A stretch of 40,584 nt of DNA from a virus (taxonomy: Duplodnaviria; Caudoviricetes): IMG/VR virus record IMGVR_UViG_3300036773_000261, positions 1 to 40,584 of that record; one strand, written 5' to 3'. Position 1 is the stretch's first letter, and every line of letters begins with the position of its first letter. Below are positions 8,626-17,244 of the stretch, piece by piece. The position numbers were made by a program, and so were the translations under genes. Below the pieces are notes generated by a model that was not told the DNA's origin, ran no database searches, and worked only from the letters and a program-made list of their open reading frames with translations.

Positions 8626-10511
8626 GCGAAGGCGCCGCCCTTAATCAATTTCGTCATATGGGCGATGGTGGTTTTTTGCGTGGTCTGGCAGGCGGAGATG
8701 ACGTCCGAACGGCTCACGCCGGAGCCGATGTTGTAGACCGGCGAGAAGATGATGCCGGGCGCAGCGCCCTGACCGGGCGTCGAGACCGTCACCCGTTCGT
8801 TGGGCGAGGCTTTGAATTGCACCAATTGCGAGTCGGTGCCGCCGGTGCCGCCGACCGGAAAGGAGCCGCCGCCGGCGAAGCCCAGGAGCGCGGGGTCCGA
8901 ATTGAAGGTGACCGCGGTCGAATCGCCGCCGCCGAAGAGCGAGCCCAAGGCCCCGAAGATGCCACCGACCGCGGAGCCTCCGCCCTGATTGGCGAAGATT
9001 TTATCGAGGCCGAGCGCCTTGAAGAGATCGAAGGCGGCCGCCTGGGCAAAGATCTGCTGAAACGCCTTGGCGAAATCGGAGACCAGGCCCCGCAAGCCGC
9101 CCTGCCCGATATTCTCAAAGGCCTGCGCAAACGAGTTTTGAATCGCCCGGCCGGTGTTGTCCGCAAACTGCGCCGTCTCATCGAAGCTTCGCTTGGCGTT
9201 CGCGGCCGCCGCGCGCGAGTCCTCCGCCATCGACGCGTAGTAGGTTTTGAACGAATCCTGGCTTTCCTTGATCGACTGATCGACGACGGCCTTGTTGCCG
9301 GTGAAGAACTCCGACAGCGCCTTGGTATCCGCCGGGCCGCGCTCCCGATTGAACGCATCCGCCTGCGAGATGATGCCGTCTTTGACCAGGACGTCCAGGC
9401 GCGCCTGCAGCAGCGCAGTATCGGCAATCAGTTTCTCGCCGCCGGTCTGGGTGATCGCATCCAGATCGTCGTAGAACTTTTTTAAGGAGTCCTCGTGAAT
9501 CTTGAGATTCGGATTGATCGCGATGGGCTTGATGTCCGGCGAGAACCCGGGCGGCGGCGATAGGGAATCCAAGAGCCCATTGATGTTCTGGTTCTTGACG
9601 TCAATCGCGGTCTGCTCGATGAGCTTCAGCGTGGCGAGTTTGGTTTGCAGGGTCAGCAGATCTTTGTCCGTGACCGAGCCCGCGGCGGGGCCAAAGAAGC
9701 CGGAGTGCTGTTCCTTCAACTGCGTCTGCACGAGCGCGATCTGCGCGGTGACCGTTTTAAGTTCATCGCCGCTCAAGAACGCGGTGAGCCGATCGGCGAG
9801 CAAGCTGATCGAGGGCGCCACATCGACGACGACGGCGGTGCCTAAGCCCTTGAGCGAGGAGGTCACATGATCGAGCGACTCCTGCGTCTGGTGCAGCCGT
9901 TCGATGGTGTCATCGCTGAAGGACGCACCCAGGAGCCCGGCCTCGAGGCGCGCCTTGGCGATACCCTCGGCCCCTTGAGAGAACAGCGGCAGCATATCGG
10001 CGCCGGCGCGGCCGAAGAGCTCAATAGCCGCCCGCGTCTTATCCGCGGGAACCTTCAAGTCATTGATTCGCTGTGCGAACACCTCGAATTGCTGATCCGG
10101 GGTCAGCGCCTTGATTTGGGCGAAGGTGAGGCCGAGCGCATCGAAGGTCGCCTTGGCCGTGCCGACGCCGGAGCCCGCGGTCGAAATCGCCTTTTGCATC
10201 TTCGCAAGCGAGGCCGAGAGCTCGTCGAGACCGACGCCCGACCCCTTGGCCGCGAACGCGAGCTCGGAGAAGGCCCCGGCGCTGATGCCGGCCTTGATGG
10301 CCCCTTTCGACAGTTGGTCGCCGAGCTCAATCTGCGATTTGGTGAATTCGACCAGGGCGTCGACGCTTAGGCCCACGCCGATCAATTCGAAGCCTTTCTT
10401 GATCGTTTCGACCGCTTCGTTGGTCGCCTTGACGGCTTCGTTCAGTTTGCCGCGAAAGCCGGCGATATCCGCCGCCATTTCGACGATGATCGAACCAATT
10501 GTGTTAGCCAT
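8622..10511 (-). CDS. Tail tape measure protein
   Basis: MA..IGSIIVEM.AD start, Ala/Leu-rich helical body, GFAGGGSF.VGG.GG.DS C-terminal motif. Confidence 0.92.
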   Translation of the reverse strand: MANTIGSIIVEMAADIAGFRGKLNEAVKATNEAVETIKKGFELIGVGLSVDALVEFTKSQIELGDQLSKGAIKAGISAGAFSELAFAAKGSGVGLDELSASLAKMQKAISTAGSGVGTAKATFDALGLTFAQIKALTPDQQFEVFAQRINDLKVPADKTRAAIELFGRAGADMLPLFSQGAEGIAKARLEAGLLGASFSDDTIERLHQTQESLDHVTSSLKGLGTAVVVDVAPSISLLADRLTAFLSGDELKTVTAQIALVQTQLKEQHSGFFGPAAGSVTDKDLLTLQTKLATLKLIEQTAIDVKNQNINGLLDSLSPPPGFSPDIKPIAINPNLKIHEDSLKKFYDDLDAITQTGGEKLIADTALLQARLDVLVKDGIISQADAFNRERGPADTKALSEFFTGNKAVVDQSIKESQDSFKTYYASMAEDSRAAAANAKRSFDETAQFADNTGRAIQNSFAQAFENIGQGGLRGLVSDFAKAFQQIFAQAAAFDLFKALGLDKIFANQGGGSAVGGIFGALGSLFGGGDSTAVTFNSDPALLGFAGGGSFPVGGTGGTDSQLVQFKASPNERVTVSTPGQGAAPGIIFSPVYNIGSGVSRSDVISACQTTQKTTIAHMTKLIKGGAFA

Positions 10512-10704
10512 CGTTTTTGGGTCGTCCGAAGATTTTCCGCAATTTGTCCTCTACCGATACGTGGTCATCCGGCGTGAGGGAATAGAACGCGTTCCACAGG
10601 TAATACTCGTGCGCCGGCAGCGCGAGAATCTCGCCCAATGTCTTGCTGAGCTTTTCCGCAAGTACCATCGCGAACCGGAGCGACGGCTGGGCGATTATTT
10701 TTCC
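10504..10704 (-). CDS. Tail assembly chaperone gpT part, reached by -1 frameshift
   Basis: -1 frame reads GKIIAQPSLRFAMVLAEKLSKTLGEILALPAHEYYLWNAFY...; stop overlaps TMP start region. Confidence 0.8.
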   Translation of the reverse strand, partial: GKIIAQPSLRFAMVLAEKLSKTLGEILALPAHEYYLWNAFYSLTPDDHVSVEDKLRKIFGRPKNDG

Positions 10705-11030
10705 TTGGCGTCCTCGAGCGATCCCATACCGTTCACGGTCATGCCCGCAGTGACCACACGGCGCAGCGTCGCCGGCGATCGAGCAAGTATCGGCAGCGCG
10801 TCTTTATAGGTGGCGAACAGCGGCGCTCCCGACTCATCGCACACGAAGGCGGCGAGCTGGCAGGCCATGATGTCGCTGCGTTCCTCGAATGGCCGCATGA
10901 CCTGCTCGAGGGCGAACGCTTCGGCGGTCGAGAGCGAGCGTACGTGCACGGTCCCGCCCCACTCCGGTACGTCGACGGCAACGATCTTTCGATCCTTCGC
11001 GCCGAGGATATCGGCGGCCGTGAGACCCAT
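10695..11030 (-). CDS. Tail assembly chaperone gpG-like
   Basis: VDVPEWGGTV.VR.LS and VCDESGAPLF motifs; between tail tube and TMP. Confidence 0.88.
   Translation of the reverse strand: MGLTAADILGAKDRKIVAVDVPEWGGTVHVRSLSTAEAFALEQVMRPFEERSDIMACQLAAFVCDESGAPLFATYKDALPILARSPATLRRVVTAGMTVNGMGSLEDAKEK
10698..10704 (-). other. -1 ribosomal slippery site G GAA AAA
   Basis: AAG GAA AAA TAA at end of chaperone gene; open -1 frame follows. Confidence 0.8.
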
Positions 11031-11674
11031 CAGGCGAACCAGGCCGGCGCGCCGGTCACGCGTAACGTCACATTGCCCTTCACTGCGCTATCCGGACCGC
11101 CGGCGTCGAAGGAGAACTGCTTGACGAGCGCGGCGAAGGCCGCAACCGTGCCATCCGACAGACCGATCGAGAATGCGGACACCGCGGCGGTGGTCTTGAT
11201 CGTTCGCAGACGCAACTGGCCGGTATCGGTCACGAGCCAGATGGCCAGGGTGACGTTGCCGAAGTCCTGCAGGCCGACCAAGAATTCCTTCGCGGTCGAC
11301 TGCAGATTGGTGACATCGATTTCCGAGGCCGTGCCATCGAACCCGGTCAGATTCGTGACCGACCCGACCGAGACCATGGTCTGCAGCGATGCTACGCCGC
11401 CGCTGACGTAGGAGCCGAAGGAGGTCGCATCGACGCCCTTCAAGTTGAAGGTATTGGCCGCCGGCGAGTCGACCACATAGACGCCGAAGCCGCCGCTCGG
11501 GTTGATTTGCGGCATACCGACAACGCCGGAGATCGTGACGATCTGGCCCTGCAGATAGCCGTGCGCGGCCGAGGTGACGACGCACGGCGAGGCGCTCGTG
11601 ATCCCGGTGATCGTCTTGGTGGCGGCCGAGGCGCTCGAGACCGAGAGGCTGGCCGTTTGACTCTTAATTGCCAT
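11030..11674 (-). CDS. Major tail tube protein with inserted FCCH-like beta domain
   Basis: ASEIDVTNLQSTAKEFLVGLQDFG tube motif; ITGITSASPCVVTSAAHG..G..V.ISGVVGM..IN insert. Confidence 0.88.
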   Translation of the reverse strand: MAIKSQTASLSVSSASAATKTITGITSASPCVVTSAAHGYLQGQIVTISGVVGMPQINPSGGFGVYVVDSPAANTFNLKGVDATSFGSYVSGGVASLQTMVSVGSVTNLTGFDGTASEIDVTNLQSTAKEFLVGLQDFGNVTLAIWLVTDTGQLRLRTIKTTAAVSAFSIGLSDGTVAAFAALVKQFSFDAGGPDSAVKGNVTLRVTGAPAWFA

Positions 11675-11695
11675 GGTGTGCTACTCCGAAAGATG

Positions 11696-11719
11696 AGAAA
11701 CCCGCCAAAGCGGGCGGGT
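11696..11719 (-). terminator. Hairpin / weak intrinsic terminator before tail tube gene
   Basis: ACCCGCC-6 nt loop-GGCGGGT followed by short TTCT tract on minus strand. Confidence 0.5.
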
Positions 11720-11727
11720 GATTGAGA

Positions 11728-12093
11728 TCAAGACCAGATCTGGTATTCCTGCGTAATCCGATAGACGCCCGGGACCGGTTCCAACTCAAAGAGATCGACC
11801 TCGAGCGTCATCAGCACCGGGACCGCGTCGAACGCCGCGCGGACCGCGATGGCGATGGCGCGCGCGCCCGCGTAGGTGGCATCCCAGCAATCGATCTGCA
11901 GGCGCGTGTCATCGAGGCCGCCGTTGCCGGCGAACGTGTTCGACGGCGTTACCGTGATCCGCTGCAGCGTGACCGCGGGGATGATGAGATCCTGGGCGCG
12001 TATGAGCGGCGAGATGCGCGTACCCACTAAAGCGACCACGGGCGCCGCGGCGCTCAAGATGCCGAGCGCCTGGGTGATGGCTTCGGCGGCCAT
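11728..12093 (-). CDS. Tail terminator (DUF3168-like)
   Basis: LVGTRISP, PAVT.QRI, RLQIDCW.ATY..A pattern. Confidence 0.85.
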   Translation of the reverse strand: MAAEAITQALGILSAAAPVVALVGTRISPLIRAQDLIIPAVTLQRITVTPSNTFAGNGGLDDTRLQIDCWDATYAGARAIAIAVRAAFDAVPVLMTLEVDLFELEPVPGVYRITQEYQIWS

Positions 12094-12590
12094 TAGTTAA
12101 TCCGCGAGCGATTGGTCAGGCTCGGCAGTATTTTCCGCAGGTACTCGCCGAAGGCGGTCACCGCCGCTTCTTTCTTGGTGTCGTAGGCCGGTCGCAGGAA
12201 GGGTTTCGCCGGGATGGCTTGGACGACCTTGCCAAAGAAGCCCTTGGCCGGGGTTCCGAGAGAGCGCTTGTTGGTCGTCATGATGCCGCGCCCGTACTCG
12301 ATCCAGACCGCGTAAAACGCGTCCAGGTTCTTCTTCTGCGCGCGCTTGCCCGTGTGCACCGTGACATTGCGGATCTGGTAGTCGCTGCTCGCGCCGCGGG
12401 TGCCCTTGATCGAATAGATCGCGAGCTTTAAGCGCCCGGTGAGCACCGGTGCGCGCTGCTTGGCCTCGGCAACGATGACATCGCAGCCGGCGCCCAAGGC
12501 ATTCTGCAAGGTCTCCCGCTGCAGCTCGTTGGTAAAGTTGAGGAGCGAGTAGCGCAGCTCCGCGAGACCCGTGACCTTGATTTCGCTCAT
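12093..12590 (-). CDS. HK97 gp10-family tail completion protein
   Basis: AK.RAPV.TG.LK, AFYA.WIEYG, PAKPFLRPA motifs. Confidence 0.9.
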   Translation of the reverse strand: MSEIKVTGLAELRYSLLNFTNELQRETLQNALGAGCDVIVAEAKQRAPVLTGRLKLAIYSIKGTRGASSDYQIRNVTVHTGKRAQKKNLDAFYAVWIEYGRGIMTTNKRSLGTPAKGFFGKVVQAIPAKPFLRPAYDTKKEAAVTAFGEYLRKILPSLTNRSRIN

Positions 12591-12913
12591 GCGACGACCG
12601 CCTTGCAGGTCAATTCCAAGCGCTCGCGGCGTTCGACCTCCGCTATGTAGACGATCCCATAGGTGACTCCATCCACCAGGAGGCGGCAGGTTGCCGTGAC
12701 GTCGGGCCGCCAGCGAATGCGATATTTGAGGGTTGTTTCCGCGCTCACCTGTTGCGCCAGCAGCAACTCTTGACCGCTCAACTCGATTTTCTCCGCCCAG
12801 ACGGTCGCGAGGGCCGTGAACGTCTCGATCTGCTCGCCATAGCTGTTCGGCGAGAGCGTTCGCGACAGGATGACGGTAACCCGATCCATGGCACCGGCGC
12901 CTTTTTTAGCCAC
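12587..12913 (-). CDS. Head closure / head-tail adaptor (SPP1 gp16-like)
   Basis: ATVWAE...LSGQE, YRIRWRPDVT..R motifs; GTG start. Confidence 0.88.
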   Translation of the reverse strand: MAKKGAGAMDRVTVILSRTLSPNSYGEQIETFTALATVWAEKIELSGQELLLAQQVSAETTLKYRIRWRPDVTATCRLLVDGVTYGIVYIAEVERRERLELTCKAVVA

Positions 12914-12915
12914 CG

Positions 12916-13527
12916 TCAGACCCAGCCTTCCGTCATCGCATCTTGTAGCAAGGCCGTGACCGTGAACGGCAACTCGATCGGCGTGCCGCGCACATCGACG
13001 ACGACCGCTTCCCGATGCTCATTGAAATGGCTCACGAGCAGCAGAATGGCCTGGCGGATGGTGTCCGGAAAATCGGTCGTATAGCCCGCGACATAGCGGA
13101 CCGTGACCGTCTCCAGTTGATTCCGCACCGCCGGCCACGACACGCCGTAGGCCGGCTCAATGAAGCCGAAGATATCGCCCTTGGAAAACGCGTATTGATT
13201 CGACGCCAAGGTCTGCAGCGCCCCAGACGTGTCGATGTAGGTAATGCTCACGACCGACTGCGCCGGCGGATTGGGCAAAACGATCCGTGTCCGTTGCACA
13301 ACCGTGGATCGATCGAACACGGTGGGCCAGCCGCCGTCGACCTTCATTTCCCAGGTCTGAGTGGCAAAGACGCGCCCGGTGTGATTCTCGCAGTATCGCC
13401 GGGCCGCCAACAGGTAGCCCGCCACGAGCCCATCTTCCACCGACGAGCTGATCCGGCACTGCGCCTTGGCTTCGGCGAGCGAGACCGGATCAATCGTCGG
13501 CGGTGTGATGAGCGAAAGCGATGACAT
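12916..13527 (-). CDS. Head-tail connector (gp6/gp15-like)
   Basis: PVSLAEAKAQCRI, V.VRYVAGY, IRQAILLLVSHF.EHRE. Confidence 0.9.
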   Translation of the reverse strand: MSSLSLITPPTIDPVSLAEAKAQCRISSSVEDGLVAGYLLAARRYCENHTGRVFATQTWEMKVDGGWPTVFDRSTVVQRTRIVLPNPPAQSVVSITYIDTSGALQTLASNQYAFSKGDIFGFIEPAYGVSWPAVRNQLETVTVRYVAGYTTDFPDTIRQAILLLVSHFNEHREAVVVDVRGTPIELPFTVTALLQDAMTEGWV

Positions 13528-13737
13528 TTAGCCTGCCGCTAACGATTCGGCGTAGGCGACCGAGTCCTCGTCCGAGTCCACCGACCCCTGCGCTTCCAAT
13601 CCCTTGATAATCGGCGCCGGCGCGCTGACGATCGCATTCGGCTCGTGCCATGCGCCGTCGATATAGGACCTCACCAAAACACGAGCCTTGACCGGCGCGG
13701 TGTCGTCCACCGCCTCTTGCGTGCCTCTTTTCGCCAT
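13528..13737 (-). CDS. Small head-associated hypothetical protein
   Basis: GGAGG RBS; between capsid and connector. Confidence 0.7.
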   Translation of the reverse strand: MAKRGTQEAVDDTAPVKARVLVRSYIDGAWHEPNAIVSAPAPIIKGLEAQGSVDSDEDSVAYAESLAAG

Positions 13738-13749
13738 ATCGAATCCTCC

Positions 13750-13779
13750 AAAAAATGGGCGGCCTCACAAGCCGCCCGT
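13750..13779 (-). terminator. Intrinsic terminator after major capsid gene
   Basis: GGGCGGC-7 nt loop-GCCGCCC then ATTTTTT on minus strand. Confidence 0.8.
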
Positions 13780-13812
13780 AATTCCGATCTACGTGCAGTC
13801 AAATTCTACGAA

Positions 13813-15123
13813 TCAGGTTGCACTATGTTGGTAGTACTTGACTGCGTTCGTGTCGATGAGGTTTCCGCCCATTCGGCACCAGGCGAGGAAGCCGACCTGG
13901 CCGAGCTTCGTATAGACGCTGTCCGTGAAGCGGAACATCTGCACTTCCATGGCATCGCGGATCTTGTAGTAGTCGAAATCGCCAAACAGCATCGTCTTGG
14001 CGTTCGCGGCCGGCACGGCGATGTCGTTGTTGACCCATACCGGGTAGCCCAGTAGGTAATCGAAGATTACCGCTTGATTTTGGGCCATATAGCCGCCGTC
14101 GCCATTGCCAGCGCCCGTTGCCTGATCGCCCGTATTGGGCGTCCTGGAAACGTTCAGTCCGGAGCGGACTCCGCCGTCATAGGATGGCGTCCAGATCGGC
14201 CGGCCCGCCGTATCCTTGATTTTGCGCAGCACCTTGAGGAGTGAGTCGTTCGTCATGAACGCCGCGTCATAGCTACGGTAGGCGGGATCGACAGAGTGGA
14301 TCAGATCGACGACGTCGTCGTAAATGATCGTGAGCGTCTGCCCCGTCGTGCCGACCTTCCCCGAACTCGCCTTCGGGACAATGCCGTCGGGTTGGGTCGT
14401 TCCCGTGCCGACCGTGAAGCCCGTATTGCCCAGGCGTCCGATGCGCTGCGCCAGGCGGTTCTGCACGAACGATTCCATGTCGAGCGTGGAATCCTGCAGC
14501 AGTTCGAAGGGCACCGCGACGATCTTGGAGGACGCCTTGAACACGTTCAAGGAGGCGGTTCCGAAGGACGGGTCGAGGGCGGTCGCGGTCACGTTCTGGT
14601 CGATCCACTCGCCGGTTTCCGCGGTGCCGTCCGACGTCGGGTAGCTCAAGGGCTTGCCATCCGTCGTCTTGACAATCTCCGCGACCGCGCGCATCGCGCC
14701 ATACGCCTTCATGGCGTCATAGAGCTGGGATGCGATCAGTGATGGGACTGTGTAGCCGCCTTGGGAGGGAGTCGTCGTCGACATCGTGTTCTTGATGACG
14801 AGCTGCTGCTCGGCGGTGAAGCCTTCGACGCCGCGGCGCAGGAAGGTATCGTAGATGCCGCGCGGCGAAGTGGCTTCGAATCGACGGGCCGCCTTGTTGG
14901 CGTCCGCGATGACGGTGTCGAGCGCCGTATCGGCATCGATGTCCGCCTGCTTTTGCATGCGGCCGATTTCGCCATCAACGCGGCCGATTTCCTCGGTCTT
15001 TTCGTCGTAAATGGCCTGCTGTATGGCCGTCCACAGTTTTCCCGGGTGATTATCGAGCAAGTTGCGAGTGTCTTTCGCGAGGGCTGAACGCTGCTCCCGC
15101 AAAGCATTTACGGAAATTGGCAT
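13813..15123 (-). CDS. HK97-fold major capsid protein
   Basis: Start MPISVNALREQ after GGAG RBS (shorter than ORF track call); coiled delta domain, GGYTVP, G.GT.QP.GI, LLGYPV, FGDF..Y. Confidence 0.95.
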   Translation of the reverse strand: MPISVNALREQRSALAKDTRNLLDNHPGKLWTAIQQAIYDEKTEEIGRVDGEIGRMQKQADIDADTALDTVIADANKAARRFEATSPRGIYDTFLRRGVEGFTAEQQLVIKNTMSTTTPSQGGYTVPSLIASQLYDAMKAYGAMRAVAEIVKTTDGKPLSYPTSDGTAETGEWIDQNVTATALDPSFGTASLNVFKASSKIVAVPFELLQDSTLDMESFVQNRLAQRIGRLGNTGFTVGTGTTQPDGIVPKASSGKVGTTGQTLTIIYDDVVDLIHSVDPAYRSYDAAFMTNDSLLKVLRKIKDTAGRPIWTPSYDGGVRSGLNVSRTPNTGDQATGAGNGDGGYMAQNQAVIFDYLLGYPVWVNNDIAVPAANAKTMLFGDFDYYKIRDAMEVQMFRFTDSVYTKLGQVGFLAWCRMGGNLIDTNAVKYYQHSAT

Positions 15124-15182
15124 TTGAATTACTCCGATGGTGTTAGGCCGAAATTGGCCAGAAATTCGCTTTGCGGGATGCG

Positions 15183-15956
15183 CTACGCGAAATCGAGTTT
15201 GAACCGCCGAAGTCGTTCGGCATGTTCCATATTTGCTTGATCCTCGGCCGCCGCGGCATCGGCGCGGACCTTGGCGGCCGCGAGCTCCGCCTCCGGAGCG
15301 CCCGTTGGCTTGATCTTGGGCGCCGGCGCGTTCGCGAAGACCGACAGGTCCCAGGCGTTGTCTACGCCTTCGGGGTCTTCCTCGGAGACTTTGCCGGCGA
15401 ATCCTTCGGCGACAGCTTCTTCGGCGGTGAACCAGGTTTCGGCGGACATCCATTCATCAATTTGCGCGGATGATTTGCCAGTTTTTTTCGCGTAGTCGGC
15501 CGCAAGGGAACCATCGATCTTCTCCAGGAGTGCAGCGGTGGCGAGTAGATCCTCGGAATTGCCGTATGCAAACGTCCAGGCCTTATGGATCATCAGGAAC
15601 GAGCCCGGCGCCATTTCGACCTCATCCGCGGCGATCGCGATATAGGACGCCGCCGAGGCCGCCAGGCCGTCGACATGCGCGACGACCTTGGAGTCGTGCT
15701 GCGAGATGGCGGTCGCGATCGACCGGGCATCGAACACATCGCCGCCCGGGGAATTGATGCGAAGATGGATCGTCGGCGCGGTGATCGCGTTGAAATCCTT
15801 GACGAATGCCTCGGCGTTCACGCCGTAGTACGAGTCGATCGAATCGTACAGATAGACCGTCGCCTCGGATCCGGACGCGTTCTCTATCTCACGCCGCTTC
15901 GGCCGATCCCGGTTCGCCGCTATCAGTGCCAGAAGTCGATGTCGATTGCGTTCCAT
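15183..15956 (-). CDS. ClpP-family prohead maturation protease
   Basis: INSPGGDV, VDGLAASAAS.I, LMIH, ETWFTAEEAV..GFA. Confidence 0.95.
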   Translation of the reverse strand: MERNRHRLLALIAANRDRPKRREIENASGSEATVYLYDSIDSYYGVNAEAFVKDFNAITAPTIHLRINSPGGDVFDARSIATAISQHDSKVVAHVDGLAASAASYIAIAADEVEMAPGSFLMIHKAWTFAYGNSEDLLATAALLEKIDGSLAADYAKKTGKSSAQIDEWMSAETWFTAEEAVAEGFAGKVSEEDPEGVDNAWDLSVFANAPAPKIKPTGAPEAELAAAKVRADAAAAEDQANMEHAERLRRFKLDFA

Positions 15957-17241
15957 TGGAGCCACCTGGTAGAGGGTTATAAATTTCATCGCCGCCGGGA
16001 ACGTCCGGCAGGTTCATCCGCCGCCGCACTTCATTGACGCGCATGAATCCCGGCCCTTGCGCGCCGCCCAAGGCCTGACGGAACCATTCGCCCAACGATT
16101 TCATGTCGCCGCGGGCCAGCGCTTCTTCATCGAAATCCGTGCAATACCGTGCGGTGTTGAACAGTTTTCGCGTACTTTCCTGCTCAATCTCCGCGATATG
16201 CGGCGCGAGCGTGTAGCGAATGAAGGCCTGCGACATTTGCTCGATGCCGCTGCCCCAGGCGCTCGTCTTCTCCGTCTCGCCGATCATGAAGGGCGGCACG
16301 CCGAAGCCGCGGGCGATATCGATGACCTGAAACTTGCGGGCCTCGAGCATCTGCGCCTCTTCGGCCGTGAAGGAGAGCTTGGTGGCATCGCCGCCGTTCT
16401 GCAGAACCAGCGGCAGGCCGCTGTTGGCCGCACCGCCATACAGCTTTACCCAGGAATCGCGCAGTGCATCCACTTGCTTGGGATCCAGCTTGACGCCCGC
16501 CGGAAATTTAAGGACCGTCTTCGGCATGCCGCCGTTCGAGAAGAATCGGCCGCAATACTCCTCGATCGCGAGCACGATCCCGATTGCCTGGCGCGTTGAA
16601 TCGAGCACTGCCGACAGCGGCGGCTGTGCGATGCTCACCCCGTCGCCCATGATCGATTGCTGTGAGATCGACAGCAGCGCCTGGTTATCCTTGAAGTGCA
16701 GCATGTCCTCCGGCATCACGCCGAAGATGCGGCCGTTCGCGGTCACCTTGTAGCCGACGATCTCCGCCCGCCGTGAGACCGGATTCCATGCGCGCATGGT
16801 CTGCACCTGGCGGTTCGGCACGAAAATGATTTCTTTGACATCGATGCCGCGGCCGCCGGCGGAGCGATTCATGCGAGCGAACGATTCGCCGAACAAGAGT
16901 TTGTGCGTGGCTACCCGACGCCAGAACTGCGCCGCGGAGATCTCCCCATCCGGCGATTCGTTGAAGAGCCACCAGTACGGGTGATCGTCGGCCGGCGTCT
17001 GCAGCCACGAGCCGTCGACCAGGGTGCGGCTCACGATGCGCAGCGGCATTGCCGTGATGCCGCCGGAGATCAGCGCGCAACAGGCCTGCACCGGGATCGC
17101 CCTCGAGGCGGACTCGGGCGTCACGTCCTGGCCGGACCAGGAGGGCATCGCGAACATCGCGGCGAACTGATCCATGGTCAGGCCGGTGATGTCGTTCTTG
17201 ACCTCCCGTTTGAACAGTTTCGAAATCGGCCAAAATTGCAC
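15889..17241 (-). CDS. HK97-family portal protein
   Basis: FFSNGG.P, Q.LEARKF...DIAR.FGVPP.MIG, NEVR...NLP.VPGGD. Confidence 0.95.
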   Translation of the reverse strand: MQFWPISKLFKREVKNDITGLTMDQFAAMFAMPSWSGQDVTPESASRAIPVQACCALISGGITAMPLRIVSRTLVDGSWLQTPADDHPYWWLFNESPDGEISAAQFWRRVATHKLLFGESFARMNRSAGGRGIDVKEIIFVPNRQVQTMRAWNPVSRRAEIVGYKVTANGRIFGVMPEDMLHFKDNQALLSISQQSIMGDGVSIAQPPLSAVLDSTRQAIGIVLAIEEYCGRFFSNGGMPKTVLKFPAGVKLDPKQVDALRDSWVKLYGGAANSGLPLVLQNGGDATKLSFTAEEAQMLEARKFQVIDIARGFGVPPFMIGETEKTSAWGSGIEQMSQAFIRYTLAPHIAEIEQESTRKLFNTARYCTDFDEEALARGDMKSLGEWFRQALGGAQGPGFMRVNEVRRRMNLPDVPGGDEIYNPLPGGSNGTQSTSTSGTDSGEPGSAEAA

Positions 17242-17244
17242 AGT

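Noticed and set aside
15124-15453. N-terminal extension of the capsid ORF in the track (546 aa)
   Set aside because: Overlaps the protease gene, Arg-rich nonsense; real start has RBS at 15123
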